From Candidatus Binatota bacterium (GTDB lineage: Bacteria > Desulfobacterota > Binatia > UBA1149 > CAITLU01): a stretch of DNA of 64,000 bases. The notes beneath the pieces are model-generated. The model had not been told where the DNA came from and did not search any database. It saw only the letters and a program-made list of their open reading frames with translations. The stretch is from assembly GCA_024276575.1 (NCBI GenBank), contig JAJRWY010000131.1:1268-65267 (forward strand), written 5' to 3'. Position numbers and translations under genes: made by a program. Of this stretch, positions 56,301-64,000 are shown in pieces (positions within the stretch are counted from its first letter, which is position 1; the number at the start of each line of letters is the position of its first letter).

Positions 56301-59300
56301 TTACGGTCAAGACCTGTCGCAATCCGTTCCTGGAGGGTGCGGGTCGAGAGAAGCAAGCCGATCATCGCCCCGGCCAGCCGATTGCGGCCTACCTGCCTGA
56401 ATCCTGGAGCTTGGAGGACACCTACTGCATTTGGAACGGGAAGGGCGTCTACAAGGAAGCCCTGCAGGCCATCGAGCCGCGCGACGGAGATGAACTTATC
56501 TTCGTGTCCACCTTCGGCGATCCCGTCAGCGCTCTGTACGTTCTTGCCAACGCTTTGTATGTTGCCGCGCCTTACCTGGCGACTATCGCGATTAGCACGG
56601 CGGTCTCTTACGGGGTCTCTCTGCTCATAGGCATGCCGGAGCCGCCAGACCTCGAGGACGACGGGAGCGTGTTCTCCCCGCCGCGCAATCGCAGGCGCCG
56701 CGGTGCACCCATCCCGGTCATCTATGGCGAGCATCCTGTCGGTGGCAACATACTGAGCCTGTACACTACGCTAAACGAGCGGGGGGATACTTTTCTCAAC
56801 GTCCTGCTTGCAGTGAGCCAAGGACGGATCGAAGGAATAGGGTCGCGAACTGATGCTTTCGATGCCGTGGCTCACGACGACCCTGACCTCCAGGACATCA
56901 AGCTGAACGGCAACCCCCTGTCGTCGTACTCCGGGGTGGACGTTTCCTTTCGTCCTGGCGAGATAGTCCAGAGCGTGATTCCTGGCTTCAACCAGACTCA
57001 TGATCTGCACGCGATTGGATCTGAGCTCGACCAGCCGATGGATGCCAACGGTAAGGGGATAGCTGGCCCGGGGCCCTGGTTCTCGTATTCGACGACGAAG
57101 GCGGTTGATGCGGCGGTGATCAACATCTCGCATTCGCGAGGCCTCTACTACCAGAACGGACAGGGGAAGATTCGCTCGACGCCGGTATTCTATGAGGTGC
57201 GTTATCGCTTGAGCGATGCCGGCGGCGGCTCGCCGGGTCCATGGAACTACGTGGTGTATGGAATGCCGGCGATCCCCGGTGTGCAGTTCACAGCGCAGGG
57301 CTCACAGTACACGACCTCGCTCGATCCAAACGACGCTCGCGCGATCATGGTGGAGGCAAAGAGGACAGCTCCCTTTGCCTCAGCTTTTCGCTTGACCTTT
57401 CCCACACGCGACTCCTACGACATCGACGTCCGGCGTCGCAACCGAAACACCGCGAACACGGCGGATTCCGACAAACACCGTCACGAGCCTACGAAGCGAA
57501 ACAATCTGATCCAGTTGGGATCGATCGATGAGATCCTCGACGAGGCTCTCTCGTACCCGGGAGTTGCGCTACTGGCTCTGCGTAACATTGATGTGAAACA
57601 AACGAACGGTGGCCTTCCAACCATCGTAGCGAAAGTCAAAGGGGTAAGGGTGCCGGTCTGGGACGGTGTGGATGCTGACAATCCGGTGTACGCCTACGAG
57701 TGGTCGAACAACCCTGCCTGGATCGCCCTCGATGTACTTACGAACAAGCGCTACTCGGTCGGGAACTACCTGTCGGCCACCGACCCGGACCTCGAGAGTC
57801 TCAAGGACTGGGCCGATTACTGCGACTCATTAGTGGATGACGGCCAAGGCGGGACCGAGCCGCTGGGACGTTGGGACGGGGTAATCTTTCAGGAGAAGGA
57901 AGCCTGGGAGACGCTGCGGCAAATCTGTCTGACGGCACGTTGCGCCCCGATCCTTTCGGGCCGCAAGATCAAGTTCAAAGCGGAGAAAGCGCGTCCGCGC
58001 ACTCAGCAGTTCGGGATGGGCAATATCGTGACCGACAGTTGGGAGCACCAATACCTCGGCGCTGAGGAAGATTCTCCGAACCAGGTGATAGTTCAGTATC
58101 TGAACGCTGACAAAGACTACACGGAGGACGCCGCGATCTTCGAGCTCGACGAGGTCAAGGACAACTCCGAGCCGCTTAGATCCAAGACGGTTCCGCTTCC
58201 CGGTGTGACGCGCCCGGGCCAGGCGATGCGCGAGGCGAAGCTGATAGCCTTACTTGGCCGGCGTACTGTCGAAGCTGCGGGCTTTCGCTGTGGGTTGGAT
58301 GCGTTGGCGGCTGAGGCTGGAGACCGCATTGTTCTGGCCGAGGATTACACGGAGTGGGGCATGACCGGCCGCGTGGCTGCGGGCAGCTCGTCTACGACCG
58401 TGGTTCTGGACCGGTCAGTGACCTTGGATACCGGGAAGACCTACGAGTTCGAGATTCAGTTTGATACGGGCGATCGCGAGACACGCACGGTTACTTCGCC
58501 GGCCGGCACCTACCCCGCCGGCACCGCGATCTCGGTGGCCACCGCGTGGTCTCGCCTGCCGCAAAAACACGACCTGTTCCTGCTGGGAGAGCAGGGCCAG
58601 GATAAGCTCGATTGGATCATTTATCGCATCGGTCGACGGGCGGATCTGACTCATGCCATTAAGTGCGTCAACTACGACGAGTCGATTTACACCGACTCAC
58701 TTGTGATCGGGCAGGTTATCGAGGCTAACCAAAACGCCTCGGTGCCGCAGTCCACTCTCATACCTCCGGACGTTACGGGGCTCACGTTACGGGCGGATCC
58801 ACAGGTCGCGCGGGACGGAACCGAGATCCATGCTTTGCGCGCGAGCTGGGCACCAGCCTCGGCGGCGGGTGCGCGACGCTACGAGGTATTTTACCGGCAG
58901 CAGGGGGACACCGCCTGGATCTCGGCCGGAGAAACGCTGGACGATGAGTTGCTCTTGAGCTCGGACATCAGCCCTGGAGACGCCTACGAAGTTGCAGTAG
59001 TTGGTGTCGCGGAGGCTGGCGATAAGGGGCATCCGGAAAGTTCACCGCAATCAAGCGCGACTTACGATCCGGTGGCTGAACGGCCGGTCAGACCGGTCAA
59101 CCTGTCGTACACTCGGGTCGAGAACACGTTGGTTTTGGCCTGGGACGATCCGGGTAACGACGCAGATGGTCAACCACTGAACCGCAACCTGGCCTTCTAC
59201 CGGGTAAAGCGGGGCTGGGATTGGCGCACGGCGGCCTTCGTGGGGGAGGTCAAGGGCACCCAGCTCGAGACCTCGAACTGGACTCCTGGTGGCGAGTTAT

Positions 59301-60073
59301 TCTTGGTGAAGGCCGTGGACACCCAGGGGCGGGAGTCCTACACGGCGGCTTCGGTCTGGGTCGATATGGATCTGACCTACGGGGCGCCATCATTTAGCTA
59401 CAGCGAGCGCGACTCTGGCTGGGTGGGCTCGAAGGTAAACACCGTGAAGGATTCTCAGGGCCGGTTAGCCAAGACGGGAGCGTTCGCGGGCCTGTACGCC
59501 AGCGTACTTCACGATCTTGGCCAGGAGCGGGATTGGCAGCTTTCGGTGAGCGGAGGTGCTACTCGCAACGCGTCTGCGTTTACCTCGCAGGCCAGCCGCT
59601 TTGTTATCGGGGCGGTAACCGGAGGGCCGTTCACGGCCGGAGAGACGGTGACCGGCGGGACGAGTGGCGCGACGGCTACGGTGTTGGTGGCAGCTTCGGA
59701 CGGTGACTACGCGATCTATGTAAAGCCCGTCAGCGGAACATTCCAGGCCAACGAAACTGTCACCGGCGGGACCTCTTCAGCGAGTTGCACCATCAAGACG
59801 GCAGCGTTGGCGGTGTTGGGTGACGACCTCGAGGCGGGTCGCTGGGACGCCACCGGGCGGGGAGATTTCGATAATCTCTCGTATTCGCTCGTTCTTACGG
59901 CGTTAAACGACGACCAGGAGACGGTTGGGTCCTACCAGGGCTTTTCTCAGGGCGTTGTGCGCGCTCGCTACCTACGAGTGGATCTGTCGCTCGATGAGAG
60001 CGGCGACTCCGCGCTGGGGACCCCGGTGATCCCGGATCTGCGCCTGGCGGCGTGGACGCCGGCAACAAACTAA
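56297..60073 (+). CDS. tail tip/host specificity protein J with gpI-like N-terminal fusion
   Basis: Residues ~60-165 resemble gpI (PIPVIYGEHPVGGNILS). The remainder is gpJ-like (SQGRIEG; NPAWIALDVLTNKRYSVG ... YCDSLVDDGQGGTEP). Confidence 0.8.
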   Translation: MITVKTCRNPFLEGAGREKQADHRPGQPIAAYLPESWSLEDTYCIWNGKGVYKEALQAIEPRDGDELIFVSTFGDPVSALYVLANALYVAAPYLATIAISTAVSYGVSLLIGMPEPPDLEDDGSVFSPPRNRRRRGAPIPVIYGEHPVGGNILSLYTTLNERGDTFLNVLLAVSQGRIEGIGSRTDAFDAVAHDDPDLQDIKLNGNPLSSYSGVDVSFRPGEIVQSVIPGFNQTHDLHAIGSELDQPMDANGKGIAGPGPWFSYSTTKAVDAAVINISHSRGLYYQNGQGKIRSTPVFYEVRYRLSDAGGGSPGPWNYVVYGMPAIPGVQFTAQGSQYTTSLDPNDARAIMVEAKRTAPFASAFRLTFPTRDSYDIDVRRRNRNTANTADSDKHRHEPTKRNNLIQLGSIDEILDEALSYPGVALLALRNIDVKQTNGGLPTIVAKVKGVRVPVWDGVDADNPVYAYEWSNNPAWIALDVLTNKRYSVGNYLSATDPDLESLKDWADYCDSLVDDGQGGTEPLGRWDGVIFQEKEAWETLRQICLTARCAPILSGRKIKFKAEKARPRTQQFGMGNIVTDSWEHQYLGAEEDSPNQVIVQYLNADKDYTEDAAIFELDEVKDNSEPLRSKTVPLPGVTRPGQAMREAKLIALLGRRTVEAAGFRCGLDALAAEAGDRIVLAEDYTEWGMTGRVAAGSSSTTVVLDRSVTLDTGKTYEFEIQFDTGDRETRTVTSPAGTYPAGTAISVATAWSRLPQKHDLFLLGEQGQDKLDWIIYRIGRRADLTHAIKCVNYDESIYTDSLVIGQVIEANQNASVPQSTLIPPDVTGLTLRADPQVARDGTEIHALRASWAPASAAGARRYEVFYRQQGDTAWISAGETLDDELLLSSDISPGDAYEVAVVGVAEAGDKGHPESSPQSSATYDPVAERPVRPVNLSYTRVENTLVLAWDDPGNDADGQPLNRNLAFYRVKRGWDWRTAAFVGEVKGTQLETSNWTPGGELFLVKAVDTQGRESYTAASVWVDMDLTYGAPSFSYSERDSGWVGSKVNTVKDSQGRLAKTGAFAGLYASVLHDLGQERDWQLSVSGGATRNASAFTSQASRFVIGAVTGGPFTAGETVTGGTSGATATVLVAASDGDYAIYVKPVSGTFQANETVTGGTSSASCTIKTAALAVLGDDLEAGRWDATGRGDFDNLSYSLVLTALNDDQETVGSYQGFSQGVVRARYLRVDLSLDESGDSALGTPVIPDLRLAAWTPATN

Positions 60074-60112
60074 GTACTACGTTGTAGTACCTACTTTCCC
60101 CCGATTCCCGTC
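60071..60112. promoter_or_regulatory. conserved palindromic motif copy 3 (TAAGTACTACGTTGTAGTACCTACTTTCCCCCGATTCCCGTC)
   Basis: Begins at the J stop codon, 30 bp upstream of the next gene. Confidence 0.55.
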
Positions 60113-60143
60113 TCAAAAAGAGGGATCTGGCTACGATCGACTC

Positions 60144-61733
60144 ATGATGAGTCGACAGTTTGCAGCCCTGGTTCTTGGCTTGAGTCTTGTAATCCCCTTT
60201 ACGGCGCCTGGTCAGGTGCTGCCGCAACAAGGCGGTACCGGGTATCCGAATTCCGGGACCGATGATTCGGTCCTTCTCGGTGAGGGCGGCGCGTTTCGCG
60301 AAGCCCAAATCCCGGATTGTCCAGATTCTGCGGGTCAGCATCTGAACTACACTCAGTCCACGAATCTCTTTGCCTGTGGTGTATCCGGCGCGGTCGGTAC
60401 CGATACGATTGGCACTGACGAGCTTGACGATGGGGCCGACGTCCCGGTGGCTGGCGAGTGCCTGAAAGTGCCTGCCGACACGTCGAAAATCGAGTATTCG
60501 AGCTGCGGCGCCGCCGGCCACGGCGATGGTGCGAACTGCGCCGCCGGCAACTATCCCCTTGGAGTCGATGCGGCCGGTGCGGTGCAGTCTTGTACGGCGG
60601 ACGACGACCAACCCGACGATGACTCCGAGGTTCCTGACGCCATCACTATCGACAATTCGAGCAGCGGATGGATCATCTTGGAGCAGGGGATTACGCCCGG
60701 AAACACCACCGAGGGTCGGATCCAATGGGACACCGCTACGAGTCAGTTGGCGGTGGGCAACGGTTCGTCTGTTTCTCGATTCACGCCGAGCGGCTCGGCC
60801 ATCGCCGGCAAACTGTGCGCATACGACGGAACGGCTGGGGAGATCGACTGCATTACCTCGCCTGGTATCGAGATCGAGAATCAGAACATCTCCGTGGCGA
60901 CCAACGTTGAGCGGCTCGATTTCGGGACGGATTTCTCGTGCGCACCCGATGGTAGCGGGGAGGTCGACTGCTCGCTCAACTCCACCGTGTACAAGCAGGG
61001 GGACACCATACAGAAGGCCGATTTGCCTACTGAGGCCATGCGCACAGATGCCTCTAGGACCATGAGCGCTGGCGTGACTTGGACCGGCAACTCGACGGGG
61101 TTTGCTGGCACCTGGGACATCACCGGCACGGTGAACGCGCAAAACGGTAACCTTGCGATTCCACAGCGCAGCTCATGCGCGAGTGAATCCAACGTCGGCG
61201 GGGTGTGTATCAGCACGACCAACGACGTGCCGTCGATCAAGACAACCTCCAGCGGAATTCAAGACATCCTGACGGCGCGAGATCACCGGCGGTGTCAGTT
61301 GGTGACCTGGGCGTCGTCACAGAACAGCTTTTGCACGGCGAATACGCGGCGACCGCTAAATGGCCTGGGCTCCTACTGTGTGGACAACATCGCGCCACGG
61401 ATGTCGACGAAGGTGACGATAGAAGACGCCAAGTTTGTCCTCTACTACGATTTGGCCACCGGTGAGTCTCAGACGTTCAACTTTCAGTCCGGGACTGGAT
61501 CGATAGCGGCCGCGAGTGATGGCGGCGCCGCGACCGCACCAACTTGGGTAACGGAGGGCAGTTGCACTGTTACAGGTAGTTCTGGGCTTTCGGATCTCGA
61601 GTGTACGATCACGGGGCCGCTGACCTGGGAAGCCGGGGAATTTGGCCGGATCAAGGTCACGACAGGGGGGACTCCTCCGCAAACCTGGGCGTCGGCCAGC
61701 TACGTGATTTGTGTCGAAGAGGTGACGTTGTGA
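60144..61733 (+). CDS. secreted Cys-containing protein (tail-fibre-position gene with Sec signal peptide)
   Basis: MMSRQFAALVLGLSLVIPFTAPGQ signal peptide; 529 aa. Confidence 0.45.
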   Translation: MMSRQFAALVLGLSLVIPFTAPGQVLPQQGGTGYPNSGTDDSVLLGEGGAFREAQIPDCPDSAGQHLNYTQSTNLFACGVSGAVGTDTIGTDELDDGADVPVAGECLKVPADTSKIEYSSCGAAGHGDGANCAAGNYPLGVDAAGAVQSCTADDDQPDDDSEVPDAITIDNSSSGWIILEQGITPGNTTEGRIQWDTATSQLAVGNGSSVSRFTPSGSAIAGKLCAYDGTAGEIDCITSPGIEIENQNISVATNVERLDFGTDFSCAPDGSGEVDCSLNSTVYKQGDTIQKADLPTEAMRTDASRTMSAGVTWTGNSTGFAGTWDITGTVNAQNGNLAIPQRSSCASESNVGGVCISTTNDVPSIKTTSSGIQDILTARDHRRCQLVTWASSQNSFCTANTRRPLNGLGSYCVDNIAPRMSTKVTIEDAKFVLYYDLATGESQTFNFQSGTGSIAAASDGGAATAPTWVTEGSCTVTGSSGLSDLECTITGPLTWEAGEFGRIKVTTGGTPPQTWASASYVICVEEVTL

Positions 61734-63964
61734 AGCGTGCCCTCTTGTGCACGCTGCTCATATTGCTTCCGATTGAGGCCACCGCAGCGCGCGTATTCCT
61801 GACGGGGTTCGAGTATTGCGACTACAACGCCGGCGACGAGCTCTTCATCCTGGAGGCGGACTCGTGGAGCAATCCGATAATCACGGCCACGAGCCCGACG
61901 CCTAGAGGAAACTTCTGCGACTACGTCAGCCACGATGATCGAGGCAAAGCCTGCTCGAGCAACGCGGACTGCAACGCAGGGCAAGGGACCTGCGTGAGCG
62001 AGCCCAACAACGGCTGTTCCCTCGAGGTCAGCCCGACGACCTCGGTCGAGTGGGCGCGTGTGGGCACGGACATAATCTCGGCCACGGATACGCTCTACAC
62101 CCACCTGTTGGTGAACGTGACGACGGTGGGAGACAGCGGCGATCCGCTCAAGCTGCTCACGTACAAGCAGGGCTCCAATGTAGGGATGTTTCTGCGGCTG
62201 GAGCGCGCGAGCTCCACGGAATACCAGGCGCGATTGTACTTCGAGGATGATGGGAAGGAGTGCGCCGGCGGGACCAACGATGGTACGGAGGCAACGTCCG
62301 ATGCTGACTGCACGGCAGAAACGCCGGGGGAGTCGACAGCCTCGGATTCGTCATTCGCTTCAACCCCGGTTTTGAGAACCGGTCAGTGGTACGAGATCAC
62401 CATTGGCCAGGACAACACGGCAGGCGCCGGCGGTGATGTGCGCGGTGAGCTGTGGGAATCCGGGTTCAATAGGGGGGCGCAGACGCGGCCGCAAGGGGCA
62501 TGCACTGGTGATGGCTTCGCCTGCTCGAGCAATGCGGACTGCCCGTCTCGTTGTTCAGATTGGGTGATCTCCGGCGATCCCGAAGGTGACGACACCTGCG
62601 CGACCAATGCTGACTGTTCTGTTACCTGTGACTCCCAGACTTGCTCCACGGCCGACGTTGGCCAGGTCACCGACATTCTGATCGGCCAAGAGGCGGCGAC
62701 GACGTCCGTGTGGCAGGTAAACATCGATGATCTGATCATTGACGACGCTGTGGCGGTAAAGACTGCGCGGATCGCGCGGATGACGCCCGACGGTGAAGTG
62801 GAAGCAAATCTGGCGCGCACCGGATGCTCGAGCTCACGGTGGGAGTGTATTGACGACTTGGCAACGGGGAAATCCGGCCTGGACTACTCCACGACTTATC
62901 TGTCGAGGAACGGTAACCCGAACAATGACATCTTCACGCTGAGCGACATCACGCTGGCCGCCGGCGAGTCAATTTCGACCTCGGCCGGCGTCGCCTTCTC
63001 TGGCCTATACAACGACCACGGTGATGCTGCCTCCGGCAAATATCACCGTCTTTGCGCGCACGACGGCACGAATCGTTCTTGTTGGGGCGGAATCTGCACT
63101 ACCAACGCGGATTGCAATAACGCTCAGGAGTGCAATTCCGGGCTGTGTTACAGCGACATCGCGTATCACAGCACGGGCGGCGTTTTTCTGCCGGATGCCT
63201 ACGCACTGATCACGGATCCCCCGGGGGCAGATACTCAGTGGTGCCGGGCCCCATCATGCAGTGGCTTTGACCTGAACAGCCTCGACGTCGAGGTCGGTAC
63301 GGCCTCCAATGCTTTTCACTTAACCGCCGTAGTGGCCGAGGCCGAGGTTTCTCTGCAATCCCCGACGCTGCCGGGGGTAGCCGTCGACGTGAATGGCGAC
63401 GGCTATGAGACGCTATGCGTGGCCGGGGACTCGACCGCGAACCAGACTGAGTTCCATAATCTGCTGACGGCGTCGCTTGAAGACTTCGACTCGATAATTG
63501 TGTGTACGCGCGGCTCGACCACCATTGGCGACATCGAGCAGAACATCGAGACGATCATGAACGGCCGCTCTTGCTCGAGCAACGCGGATTGCTCAGGTCA
63601 GACACCAACATGCGGATCCGGCCTGTGTAGCCCCAACTACATGCAGTGCCGCACCCTTATCGGCGGTAACCACAAATGCGACTACTTGCTGCTCGTGTCT
63701 GGTGTAAACACGCTTGTTGCGGAAATGCCGCCCCCGCGTATGCACTGCAATGGCGGAACGGATCAAGGGGATCTTTGTAGCACCAACGCCGATTGCACGG
63801 GTGGTATGTGTGAGAGCTATGAGTTCGGGTATTGCCGTGGTGGGACGGATCACGGAGCACCATGCTACTGCGGTCAAAACGGGCTGTGGGTCAACGATAC
63901 CTCCGGCTATCCCGACAGCGCGACCCGGTACTGCATCAACAACAAGGCGAGCCATTGGCTTGCT
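61730..63964 (+). CDS. secreted LamG/ConA-like protein with multiple C[ST][ST]NADC Cys-rich repeats (partial)
   Basis: GTG start overlapping the previous stop. Signal peptide VKRALLCTLLILLPIEATAA. At least six CxxNADC ... C ... C motifs. The ORF remains open to the window end. Confidence 0.45.
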
Positions 63965-64000
63965 ACCAACGTATCGTCCACCTGCCGGACCTGCAGTGAC

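Larger units (their letters stand above)
30160..63964. mobile_element. lambda-like siphovirus prophage (partial; right end beyond window)
   Basis: Begins directly after tRNA-Arg. Contains an early/replication operon, gpA-like terminase, portal, S49 protease, capsid, major tail, G/GT, tape measure, M, L, K and I::J tail proteins. No integrase is seen in the window. Confidence 0.8.

Noticed and set aside
59895-61142. 415-aa minus-strand ORF antisense to the J and tail-fibre-position genes
   Set aside because: Antisense shadow ORF in GC-rich coding DNA; Arg/Gly/Pro-rich and spanning a gene junction.
30160-64000. Search for integrase, excisionase, CI-like repressor, holin/endolysin and CRISPR arrays
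   Set aside because: No ORF with tyrosine/serine recombinase motifs or lysozyme/amidase motifs was found in the window. There are no spacer-repeat arrays. The only peptidoglycan-related phage ORF is the NlpC/P60 gpK-like tail protein, which is not a lysis gene.

Overview
This window is high-GC (about 65%) bacterial chromosome, probably proteobacterial, though I cannot assign a genus from sequence alone. The first ~30 kb are ordinary host genes. They include mtgA, a C13-peptidase-PDZ lipoprotein, a HupE/UreJ transporter, nadK, a TetR / diiron-oxygenase / acyl-CoA dehydrogenase / MMPL-exporter cluster, two class III nucleotidyl cyclases flanking a STAS-like gene, an LPS heptosyltransferase and rph-rdgB. 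They are punctuated by three copies of a roughly 190-bp MITE/REP-like repeat and several short tandem-repeat arrays. Adjacent tRNA-Pro(UGG) and tRNA-Arg(UCU) genes (29969-30159) are followed immediately by a lambda-like siphovirus prophage that runs off the right end of the window. It starts with a translationally coupled early/replication operon, including a replication-initiator gene with internal iteron-like repeats and a ParB-like nuclease. The structural module reads terminase gpA-like, gpW, portal, S49 protease/scaffold, capsid, major tail, G/GT with a GGGAAAC slippery site, tape measure, an M-domain fusion, L, K(NlpC/P60), an I::J fusion, and distal secreted Cys-rich-repeat proteins. 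No integrase, CI-like repressor or lysis genes are seen in the window, so attR and the lysogeny module are presumably beyond 64 kb. The most interesting feature is an opposite-strand cassette inserted exactly between the tape-measure gene and the M-like tail gene (50059-52587). It carries a HicB/HicA-like pair followed by a tightly coupled operon: an XRE regulator, a membrane-anchored DEDDh 3'-5' exonuclease, a two-TM membrane-anchored WYL-domain protein, and a lipoprotein. This is a candidate, apparently undescribed, prophage-encoded defence or superinfection-exclusion module. A second notable feature is a nearly identical ~30-bp palindrome-containing motif (GTACTACGTTGTAGTAC plus flank) at three late-gene junctions in the prophage, likely a late regulatory element. 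CDS coordinates come from the ORF track, with several starts trimmed; non-track coordinates are approximate to +/-2 nt.
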